A stretch of 64,000 nt of DNA from NCBI RefSeq assembly GCF_009914755.1, contig NC_060946.1; one strand, 5' to 3'. A program made the translations under genes and the position numbers. The DNA is from the human T2T-CHM13v2.0 reference genome, Homo sapiens. This document shows, in pieces, positions 11,241 to 23,049 of the stretch (position 1 is its first letter; each line of letters starts with the position of its first letter). The notes beneath the pieces are model-generated. The model was not told the DNA's origin. It worked only from the letters and a program-made list of their open reading frames with translations, and searched no databases.

Positions 11241-12670
11241 GAAAGGGCTTCCCGTAGCCCCTGGGCCTGAGAGCCCGCTGTAGTCTGACTCCTGGTGGCG
11301 GTGTGAATGCAGCCTCACGCACGTTCTTCAGCATAACTGGGAAAGGCTCGCCTAGCGTGTCCTACCAGCCCCACCCTTGCACCAGAGGAAACTCGCAATC
11401 CTCCCGTGCTATCCCCAGCCACGCCCGCGCCCTCCCTCTGGCCACGCCGGCCCTCCTGTCCCTGGAGCCTCTGCACTAGCACTTCCCTGGCTGGAATGTT
11501 CTGTCCCCAGACGTCAGCGGGTGGAGGGGTCCTCCTGGTCATTCAGGCTCAGCTTGGACCACCCTGAGCCCCACCCTGAAGTGGTCCTCCCCCCGTCACT
11601 GTGGATGCATCACCCTGATCTTGCCCCCAGCACTTTTCGATCCTGGAAAGTGTTTGATTCCATCCGATTGTTGGTGCGTCTGCTGAATCTGCACCCACAC
11701 CACCCGCCGGCCCTGCCCCCGGCCCTCACCCCGCTGATCTCGCGCTGTTCAGGGCTCTGTGTCTCCCTGAAGGCAGGAGCCCAGTGCGGGCACAGGAGGC
11801 TGCTCGACCCCAACAACTGCTGGCCCTGCCCCTGGGCATCATCACAGCCCCATCTGGGGGCCTCCGTGAGAACGCCGCCCAGCTGTCTAGACACTGTCGC
11901 TCATATCTGGAAATAACCCGTGGAATGCAATTGATTAACCTGCTCACACCCACCGGGACCACCTCACTGATGGACACCCTGTATCCAGTCACCGACTTTT
12001 TTATTCCACGTGAACTGTGTGTGCCCAGCCGTGGGCTCAGATTTCTTCTCTAGGTGTTGACACCCCTGAGGGCAGGGACCACATGTCTGCGCCGTCCACT
12101 GTTGATCCCCAATAGCTTGATGTAAACGGCCCTGTCTCCCACGAGAGAAATTTGAGGAGCAAAATACAGACCCAGGATATTAGAGGGAAATATTGCAGGT
12201 GTGTTTTGACCCTTGGGTTCTCTACAGCGGGGAGGTTTCCTCTTATCTGGGAAACTGCCAAGAAGCACCGTGGTATCACAGGCAGCTTTCCTTGGCCTCT
12301 GCTCCCATCCGCCCTCGGACAGGGAGTACATTAACATCTGCAAAGACAGTGCTTCCTGCGTGCCGTGGATCACACACTCAAAGTCGGAGGGCGTGGAGTT
12401 CAAGGCTGCTCAGCAGCTGGGATGAAACACGTGGATGTGGTCCAGGCATCCCCAGCAGTGACCTGGTCTCCACCCAAGGCCAGGAAATGTGTGGAGGCTC
12501 TTCCCTGCTTCAAAGCAGGAAGAATGCAGGGCTTTGGAAAGAGACATGAAGGGGCCAGCAGGAGGAAGCACAAACGCAGAGAGCTGAGGGGCTGGCTTTG
12601 CTCCTCAGTAAGCGGAGGGCTCGGGCCAGCAGATGTGGGACGGCTCTCCAGAATGGCCATGCGGCGCAGC

Positions 12671-14881
12671 TGTTATGGGATCCTTGGGCTGTCACTTTTC
12701 TGGCCAGAAACCTCCATGGCCAGTGGCACCTTTGTCCAGTTTTGATTGGGTCTGGGCTTGTGCTGCCCACTCGGCCTGGCAGGCTGTACTCAGCTCACGC
12801 TACCGGTCTGGATCCCACGCCTGCCAAGGGCAAGTCAGGTACGGAGCAGTGAGGGGTGTGTGAGTGAGCGTGGGGTCCGGCCACTGCACAGTTAGACATG
12901 CCGGTGGCTGCAGCGGGGCGGGGAGCTCCAGGTTCTGGCATGGGTGCCGGCTCTCTGTGAAGCTGCGGCTGGACACACAGCTTCCACAGCTGGCACTGGG
13001 GAACATGGTGGTGCCTGGAAGCTTGGAGATGCCAGGAACTGCAGGACCCCAAACAGGGTGTCACAGCCCTGGCTCAGGGAGCTCCCAGGTCTGGGATTCT
13101 GGAAGGGGCACAGCTCTTCTCACCCTCTCTTTGCCGTCAACGTGGTGAGCAAGGGGCGTGTCTCAGCCCTGTTTGTGTTATGGCTCTTTTAGCCTTGCCA
13201 TTTGGTGGGTCCCGAGTTCTTGTCCTGCGACCAGGAAGAATGGGGTATACCTAGACAAGTGGAAGGTGAGCAAGATGAAAAGGAGCTTTATTGAGCAATA
13301 GAACAGCTCAGAGAAGACCCACAGGGGGCAGGTCCTTTCCACAGCCGGGGTGTCCCGACAAATGTTCAGCTATCTGCAGAGAGGGTAGCTCCTCTCTGCA
13401 GCTGGTCGTCTTGTCGTCTTTTCTGCTCTGGCTGAGCTCAGGGTTTTTATGGATCTCAGAGGAGAGGAAGTACATGCCAATTGGTCCATGGGTGGCCATG
13501 GATGGGCCCAGAAAAGGCACCACAAGTTCCGACTCTGGTCCGCGGGACTGGCAGCCCAGCCCCCAGCCTTCAGGCCTTCCCTGGCCTGAAAGTGGGGACT
13601 CACCGGGGACCCGCCCCCTTCGGCCCAGAAGCCTGTCTGCCTCTTGCCACCATCCATGGTGTCCAGGCTGCTTGTGCCAAGGGGTACCTACAAGCCAGTG
13701 CCAAGCCACCCTCAGCTCCCTGCTTGGCTTCCCTCCTGCACTTGTTGGCATCCAAAGTCCAGAGGGGGCCGATGTGGCAAGAAGCTGGCATTGTCAGTGC
13801 TGCCCTCAGCGTCTGCACACCCAGCCAGGCTGTGACAGCACCTGGGCTCAGCCCCAACCTTGGTCCAAGATTGGAGCAGGTGCTGGGAGCAGGGAGAGGC
13901 CAGGCAGCTGGAGCAGACACCCTGAGCCTGTGGAGGCAGGGGTACCTTCTCGGGCCCCCAAGGGTGCAGAGCACAGAGATGTCTAGATCCTGCTCCTGAA
14001 AGGGCGGGACTCCCGCCTGCTCCGTGGAACATGTGGGCAGCCCTGGCCGCACCTCCTTGCAGCCTGGTGCAGGGGCTCCAGGTCCTCGATGAGCCCAGGC
14101 TGGCATCTGGAACAGGGGTGACATTACTGCAAGTTCTTGCCATGGCCCCAGCACTCAGCCCGGGGCTCCCCCTTGCTCACTTATAGCCTTGCGCGGAGGG
14201 GATGCCCGTGGGAGTGGATCGCTGGCCCTGAGCCCGGCCATTGGGAGTGTCAGGTTTGGTGATCACCCCAGTGCAGGGTGGACCCCGGGGACTCGGCCCT
14301 GTGCACAGCATCCTCCTGAGGTACAGGAACCTGGTGCCACTGGTGGGTGGGCACAACGGCCATGCCCCTGGCCAGGTCCCCCAAAGCGGGAGCCACTCCC
14401 ACTTCCTGCCCTGGGACCCCAAAGCACAGCCCCAGCTTTGTGCCCTTGGCCTGGCCCCCATGCTCCACGTGCAAGTGCAGCATCACCCCGGGGCCAGCTC
14501 TGCCTTGGGGACCCTCTGTGCCCGCCCCTCCATGCCTGGCCACACTGCTACCCTGCTGGCAGGCAACTAGGCCTGGCCCCATTACGGTGGCCCCCAGGGT
14601 GGCGGGTGAGAGCGATGATGTGGGGCCAGGGTTGGGAGTGGCGGAGGCTCTGGGCCTGGGGGTGGGTCCTTCCCAGCCGTGTGAGGGTAGGGGTGGTGCA
14701 GTCAGCTGCCTTGGGGATGCAGTGCACAGGGAACATGCGGCACAGGGGTCTCACCGCTGCCACCGCTGCTCCCACCGCTGCTCCCACCGCTGCCACTGCT
14801 GCTCCTGCAGCCACTCCTGCTGCCATCGCTTGCCCCTTCCCGCTACAGCTGGCTGCTCCGTATGGCCCACCACTGCCATCA
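12671..14881 (-). mobile_element. ERV1 solo LTR, MER52 family, long (~2.2 kb, MER52D-like)
   Basis: Begins tgttatgggatccttgggctgtcacttttctggccagaaacc and ends ccactgccatca (TG...CA termini); near-perfect 4-bp TSD CAGC/CAGG; homologous to 36971-38636. Confidence 0.85.
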
Positions 14882-16844
14882 CAGGCCTCCAGGACAGCCA
14901 CACAGTGCAGGCCTCTAGAACAGCATTGCAGTGCAGCTGTGATGAGCAGCGTGACAGTAGTGAGATGGTCCCGGGGGTAGGCGTCCCGGTCAGCCAGGCT
15001 CAGGTTTTGGAGACCTGCGGTAAATACCCTGGAGACAGGGACCTCCAGTTAGCAAGGCAGGAACTTCAGGAACTCGTGCCCTTAACGCCCCAAAAGGGGG
15101 CCAATGAGCTGACTCCCTTTACCCACAGCCTCCAGCGTGGGGGCCGTGCTTGGTTGTTATTTGGGAAGCTGGGGAATGGCTTTCTTTCATGAAAATGCTC
15201 CCAAGAAGGGCTGCAGTGGTAGGGCCTGATTCTAATGAACTGCATGAAGTTCACATCGGAGTTTCTGGGTGCCACATGCAGGGTTCTGGCAGGGGTAGCA
15301 ACATCCATACACTGTGTCTGATTTCAGGGTAGATGTTTGGGACTGGCAGGGAAGGCAGCTGGCACCCTCTTCCCTTCATTTCCCTGCTCATGGCCCACAG
15401 ATGTCCGTATGGGGTCCTGTCTCAAGGCGGACACAGCCCAGCATCCTTGGAAGACTCTCATCCTGGTGCTGATAAAAGCCATGAAACCGTGGAGGACAGA
15501 GCTGGGGGAGCCTCTTACATGAAACATGTGGAAGGTGTCAGCCTACAGGCCCCTAGCATTTGCCAGGCCAGCATCTGCGTGAACCCCCGGAATGACAGTG
15601 AAGAGAGAAACCTGTTTCCCTGGAAGGAGAGGCCCATTTGGTGACCTTGAGATGCTGCCTTTTGGCCATGGCAGATGGGACTTAGGCAAGGCCTGGTTGG
15701 GCAGCCGTCCACGGGTGCATCCCTGTCTCCATGGTAGTGAGGCAGCTGCTGTGTCCCCAGGGCCAGCAACAATGAACGTGCTCCTCAGCCCACCTGTGTA
15801 CTCAGGGGTCTCCACCTTGCCCTGAATTGGCTCCACTCCAGCAAGGCCGGCCCCTTCCCTCCCGCACAGAAGCCTGTCTCTTCTCACCTAGTGACAAGGA
15901 TGCCCTCGTTGCCCGTGCTGGAGTGGCCTCCTCGGAGTCCTCCTCTGAAGAAGCTTTGCCCTTGGTGGGCTGAACCTGTTTCAGCAAAGACCCCCCTAAG
16001 CCCACTTATGAAGAATCTACACACTCTGAAATCAGATGAAGTCCCTTATCCCCCAGCCTTGATATCTGGTGAGGTCAGCTCCTCACTCTGCACGCTCCTG
16101 TCTCCCCGCTCCGCTTGCTGGCTGTGTGCCCCGACGGCATTGCTCTAGTGGGAGTTGAGCTCAGCTCTGTGCATGAGTCTCCCCTACAGCAGGAGCTGGA
16201 GTGGCATCCGCCTTGCTGTCTTTAACAAGCGTCCAGCGAATCATTTTTCTTTGGCATTATTCCGGGACTCCTTTCCAGCCGTGGTCCCCCTCTCTGTCCT
16301 GCATCAGGAATATTTCTTCCTCTCCTGGGCCACTCCCATCAGCATCCAAACAGGCCGCCTCACCAGTTTCCACCCCATTCTATCCCGTGTCTCTGCTTCC
16401 CTTCACAATAGAGGCCCACTGGCCATCCTGCCACTTCTCAGCCACACCTGACCCTCCGGTCCCGGCCTTCACTCTGCCCTCCGCCTGCGACCCTCCTCCC
16501 CACAGGCACACAGGGCTCGCCCCTTTGTCTTGTCAGCTCTTTGCCCCAGCGTTGCCTTTTTGGAGTTCCTCTGTGCTTGGCCCATCTCAGTGGACCCCAG
16601 CCTGTTCTCCCCACCCCTCCGCCCTGCAGCTTTGTCCCCTGTGTGCCCGTTGCTGCCAGCCATGCTGCTTGTTTGCTCAGGGTGTTCTCCTCGGAAGTGT
16701 TGGCCCCTTTTGTTCACTGTCGTATCTCAGGGCCTGGAAGGATGCTGGACACACAGCGGGTGTTCACTGTGTGTTCTTAGACTGATGGGATTCTTTGACT
16801 TGGGAACTCGGGCTGGACACTAGAGCAGCGAGCCCTCAGGTGGC

Positions 16845-17004
16845 AGGTTAGATGTGGGTTTACGGAGAGAGAGCAGGTGATCGGTCAGGGTTAGATGTGG
16901 GGTGACGGAGAGAGAGCAGGTGATCTCTCAGGGTTAGATGTGGGGTGAGCTAGAGAGAGCAGGGGATCTCTCAGGGTTAGATGTGGGGTGACGGAGAGAG
17001 AGCA
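16845..17004 (+). repeat. Minisatellite, 43-bp unit, ~3.7 copies
   Basis: gggttagatgtggggtgacggagagagagcaggtgatctctca; unit starts at 16888, 16931 and 16974. Confidence 0.9.
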
Positions 17005-17889
17005 GAGGTGGAGGGAGTGGCTGGGTCCTCCTTACTAGTGGGAGCCACAGGTGAGGGATGAGGGATGCCTGCCTGGGGTGGGGTCAGAGTGTCCAGTGGG
17101 CTGGTGAACATTGCCGGGTTGTGGGGACGCTCAAAATACTTTCCTGTTCAGCCCACGGCCACCCCCAGAAGCTGAGACATCCTGACGGGGCCTCCGTTCC
17201 TGGCCACCTCCAAGCTCACACATCACGGAGCCCCCAAGCCTGGAGCAGCCCTCTCTGGTACTCGCCCCATTCGGCCCAAACACACACCCCGTTCTTTTGT
17301 TGGGCTCTCTTGAAGGCTGGGCCCCCGCCCTGTGGGTCTCCTCGCACTGCTTGGTCCTATGTGGCAGGGCCACTTGTCCTTTCCCCTCTTCATTCCTCCC
17401 CGGCTCCCCGATGTCACCCTCCCTCCCGGGCTCCCCCATGTCACCCTCCTTCCCCAGCCTCCCTGCTGAGGCTACTTTCCCTCCCTGGGCACTTCAGGGA
17501 CACTTCTGGAAGGCAGACGTGACCCTGCCTTCCCCTGATCAGGGACCCTCTGAGCTCTGCAGGGTTTTGGTGTGGGCACCTGTCTCTAATGTGCTCACAG
17601 CCCAGGTGCCCTCTCCATGGCCCATCTCTAGGCAGGGGCAGGCCTCTGCAGCAGTGTCTGCAAGGTGGTGGGCGGTGGTGCAATGGCAGGCAGGGGACGG
17701 GGAGGAGAGCATGGCTGCTGTGGTCCCCCAGGACAGCTGCGCTTAGCCCCTGGTGTGGGTTTGTGCATTCATGGGCTCCGTCCCTACCGTGGACATCATC
17801 TGGTCATGGCAGATGTGGTTTGTGCAAGCCTGGGATGGACGTGGGTGGTGTGGAAACCCAGGCTGGTGGCAGGGCCTCTCGAACTCGGC

Positions 17890-18020
17890 CAGGCTCTTGC
17901 ACTCCACGTTGTGTGGCTTTGGACAACTTGCCAGGCCTTTTGGAGCCTCTATTTTTCCATCCGTGAAATGGGCGTATAACACCTCCCAAGGCTGGAGGCC
18001 ACAGTTAAAGGAATGTGACC
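17890..18020 (+). mobile_element. MIR fragment
   Basis: tgtgtggctttggacaacttg...gagcctctatttttccatccgtgaaatggg. Confidence 0.7.
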
Positions 18021-18228
18021 ATCTCCTGTTGCAGGAGGATCCCTGAGTGACTCTTGGGGGGAGATGTTATAATTCGCTTGGTTTCAGTCCCTCCCTCAGA
18101 ATCCTGGGAAGATACTCCAGCCTGGATATTCCAGTCCTTTTCATCATTTTCCATTATTCAATGGAATTACTGAATTATTCCATTATTTAATGGAAAATGG
18201 AGAGGTGGCAGGAAAGTGCCCTCCAGGG

Positions 18229-18996
<768 letters not shown>

Positions 18997-19281
18997 TGGG
19001 TGTTGGACTCCGGGTGGTTTGGAAGTGCTGGTTCTAGTATCAAAGACCCACACATGGATGTAGCTCAGAATGCTTTTGTGCCCGGGAAAAAGTTTGGGGT
19101 GATGTGGTTCTGTCACCTAAAGGGTCAGTCAGCTGGGCTGGTGAGAACAATGCTCTTGGCTGGAAGTAGCAAAGAAAATTGCGAGTCACTTTCAGTTATT
19201 TTCTGCCTCTTTCATGGGCTTTTCTAGACAATTTCCTTGTTTTCTTCCCTTGAGGTCTGGTCTCATTCTTCCAGCAATGAC

Positions 19282-19767
19282 GTGGTGGATTTAAAAAACG
19301 TCCACCATAGTCTTTTGCCATTCCTCCCTCCAAGAAACAGAGGCTAATTTCCTACTCTCTTCACACATAGAATATGGAAGAAGTGGCAGTGAGGAACTTC
19401 CCAGGCCAGGTCAGAAAAGGCACTGTGGCTTCCCCTCTGTCCTCTCTTGATCACTTGCTCTAGGGCTCCTGCTGCTGTGGTGTGGGACCTTCGAGCAGCC
19501 TGTGGAAGTCATCCTGTGAGGAACTGTGGCCTCCCCCAAGCAGCGCATATTGGAGGCAGAGGCTTCAGCCCCAGTCAAACCCTCAGATGATGGCAGCCCC
19601 AGCCAACGTCATGACGCAGCCTCTGGAGAGACCCTGAGCCAGGGCCACCCACCCGAACTTACCCTGGATCCTGACCCACAGAAACTGCAAGTCGATAAAG
19701 GTTTGCTGTTGTTTTAAACTGCTAAATTTTGGAGTACTTTGTTATGCAGCAGGAGATAACTGACACA
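19282..19767 (+). mobile_element. MaLR LTR, MLT1F-like
   Basis: cagccccagtcaaaccctcagatga...gaccctgagccag...ctgacccacagaaactg...tttgttatgcagcaggagataactgacaca. Confidence 0.8.
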
Positions 19768-19784
19768 AATACTAAGAGTTGAGA

Positions 19785-20002
19785 ACTTTTATTAAGCCTT
19801 TTCTTTGTGCCAGGCACTGGGCTAAATGCATCAAAAGGATCTCACCATCTTCCCAGCAGCCCACAGGGAGCAGAGGTTTTCATTACCATCATTCTCAGAG
19901 GACACGACTGGGGCTCAGAGAGGGGAAGAAACCTCTCCAGCTTGCACAGCTGGTAAGTAGTGGGGCTGGCGTTTGAACCCAGGTCTGCCTAATTTCAGAG
20001 CA
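19785..20002 (-). mobile_element. MIR (near full length)
   Basis: tgtgccaggcactgggctaaatgc...gctcagagagggg...cacagctggtaagt...tttgaacccaggtctg. Confidence 0.85.
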
Positions 20003-23000
20003 CTTGTTTGCGTCCAGCACGTGATCCCACCTGTGGTGTGATTCTGTGCCTAGCCGTTCCCCACCCCCTTCCTCCAAACATAGGGCTGCTTTCCTGTCCC
20101 AGGTGCAGCAGGTAAACCCCTTCGCACCAGGTGTCAGCGATGGCTGCAGACTGGGGACTCCCCCATTGGCGCTCCGTGCAGGCTGGCCTCGTGAGGAAAA
20201 AGTTACCAAGTTTGGGGCCAGAAGATTTGATCATGAGCCCCAGCTGTCAGTCAATGGTTACTGATCCCAAGCTTGCTGGGCTTCAGTTTTACCATCTCTG
20301 AGCTGAGAAGGATGTTCAGGGCTGGGTCTCCTTGCAGGGTGGCTCTGAGTGCTCCCTGCAGAGAGAAGGACCGTGGCTGCCTGGGACGGAGAGGGGCTCA
20401 ACCAGCTGGGAGTCTTCAGTGCTGGGCCTAGGGCCACCTTATCTTCATCTCCCAAATGCCACTTTCAAAACAGAGTCATTCCCCAAATGGATGAGACCCC
20501 AGCACAGGAGAAATGCATGACAGCCAGATAATAAACCCGCATATCAGAACTGTCAGATCGTCTTCAGAGCAAAAGGCAACATGCTCTCCCGAGGTAAGAT
20601 CCTAACTGTTGTCAGGAACATATGCCAGGGGTGGGGGGTGGGGAGCGGCTCAGGACGCGGCGCTGGCAGCCCCCAGCCCATCAAATTCACTCCATCTATC
20701 TCGGGCTGGGCCGTTTCATCTTGAAAGTCGCAGAGCTTAAGCATTTATCAGCAAAGCACCTGCTTCTGTTTGTTCTGCGTGATTTAGTGTATTTATCGCT
20801 GTGCTTTTGAAATGCCTCTTTGGTCTATCTCTGAGATTTTCCCCCTGGACTCCCCGTTAAATTAATCAGATTCTGCTCCCCTCCAGTCCTACCTCTGCCT
20901 GCTGGCACTCCGAGGGTGGGTCATTAAATGGCCGTGCATTTTGTTTTTTTTTTTCCTCCTGGCGAGGGAGGTGTTTGTTGAGGGGCGGTGGGGAGGGGGT
21001 CCCTGGGGATGGTCGCTCTGTGGGCTTCCCCAGTGCAGGCCGCACAGTGAGCAGAGGCGTTTCCTGTGATGAAGCTGGACAGGCCCCTTATGCGTCATCT
21101 CGCCTGTTTACATGGCCTCAGCGTTTCCCACATTTTCTCTCTGGCATGCTCTGGAGCGTAGTGGCTTGGGGAGCAGGACATGGGACAAGGTGACAGAGCA
21201 GGTGGATACCGGGGTGGAAGTGCAGACCTTTGGCCCTCTGGAGGAAGAATGTGGGGCTGGGTGGGTTGGGCTGGCCAAGGACCAAGCCCGGGTGTCCCAA
21301 GTTTTGGGGACTGTGGCCATGTTCCTCCTGGCCACCAGCCAGGGGCCACACCTGCCAGCCCGAGTGGTGGTCTTCAGCCCCTTCCCCACAGGGCGGTTGC
21401 CTTTGTGGGATGGGATGCTTTAGGAAGGGAGGCTCAGAACTGTCCTCTGCCCTGGGCAGGAGAGGCCTCCTGCGCCTGCCCCACACTGTGGGCCTTACCA
21501 GAGGGGCTTATGGGGAGAAGCTGAGTGGATACTTTTATGGAGGGCTGGGGACCGAGCCCCAGAGAGGTCTCCACACTCTCCAGGGATGCACCTGCCCACA
21601 GGGGAGGGCCAGCTCCTGCCATCCAGGGCCTGGGCAGGGGCCCGAGCAGGAGCGAAGCTTATGGGGCCGTCGGTGTCTGTGGGATGAGTGGGCTTTGCTG
21701 GGCCTGAACCCAATGTCGTCAGCCAGCTGCACAGCTGCTGTGGGCACATGCCGCCCGGGAGGGTTGGTGACGATGGGTCCTGTGGGGTGGCCATCCAGGG
21801 CTTGCCTCTGTGGTGGGTCAAAGTGCGGGCCCTGTAGTGGTGGCTGCCAGGGTGTTGTCGTGTGGCTGCCGGCCCCACCTCTCCAGGAGCCATCCTCAGT
21901 CATTATTTGACATTGGGTGGGGCATGGGTGGGGCAGTTCCAGCGGGAGGTGCACAAGCAGCCCCAGCCAGGCCCACATGATGGCCACTCTCAGGTTTAAT
22001 TCCTGAACCCAGAGACAAAGGCTGGAGAGTGGATCTTCCTCAGAGCCCCTTAGCTTCCACCCTGCCCTGGTGCCCCCTCATCCTTGCCCTCTTCTCCCCT
22101 GGACAGGACCCAGAGTCCTCCCATCAGTTCCCATTGCCCACAGCCAAGAAGCCCCACTGACCCCTCATTCCTCCCACACCAGCCGCGAGGGGACAGTAAA
22201 GCTTTGAGCCTAGCAGGAAAGGGACAGGCTGTGGGACCCCCATCTCGTGGACACCCTTCTTCCCTCGGCTTGGAGCGCTCTGTCTGCGCCATTTTCCCAG
22301 TGCTTTGGGAATTCAGCCGGGGCCTGCAGGCTCTGAAACATCTTACAGAGGCCCACCACTCACGGCAGCTCCGCCGCACACCCACGTCTCTCCATACTCC
22401 GAGACGGTTGCTTGTACCCATTTTGCAGATGGGCCGAATGGGCTCGGGGATGATGTCATTGCCTTGTCTCTGCCTCAGTTTACTCTGTTTGAAGAATGGA
22501 GCGCGGAGGGAGTAAATGAGTTGGGGCACAGGGAGCTCCTGGAACGATGCCTCCCCCACACAAACACTCGTGAGGGTTTGCTGCTCTTTAGTTGTGAGGA
22601 TTTAATCCATTATTATTGTTATTATTTCAGCATTTGCTGTTATTTTCCAATGATGATGAAGATGATGGTGAGGAGGGGCTGGCATTTCCGGGGGAGGAGG
22701 GGCAGTCTGTCTGCCTTCACAGTGCATACTCCTCCCTGAGCTGTGCACAGCCCCTGTCCTCAAGTATCGTAAGGTTTGGGAGACACGGACCTGTGTGTAG
22801 ACAATTGCGAAGGCACATCCACCCCTAACAGGGTCAGCAAGGTCCAAGTCACCTGCAGGGGCAGGGCAGGGAGGAAACAGCCACGCGAAAGTGTAGAGAA
22901 CGAAGGGAAGTAAGCGCAAGCTCTAAATAAAGCCCAATTTTAACTGTTTTAGCTCCTTTTGGGACATCTCCCAGTATGTTCCCAAGACAGCAATGAAAAG

Positions 23001-23049
23001 GCACCCTTTCCACATTGGGACCTGGTGCCGTGCTGTTGTAAATGCTGGG

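Noticed and set aside
13291-15192. Overlapping 230-280 aa ORFs
   Set aside because: They lie largely within the GC-rich MER52 LTR, are open in several frames and show no recognisable protein.
16833-16846. CTCF-like CCCTCAGGTGGCAG
   Set aside because: It is only a partial match, and such matches are frequent in GC-rich DNA. It cannot be supported without ChIP data.
16845-17004. Telomere-like gggttag words
   Set aside because: There is a single gggttag per 43-bp unit, not a (TTAGGG)n interstitial telomere.
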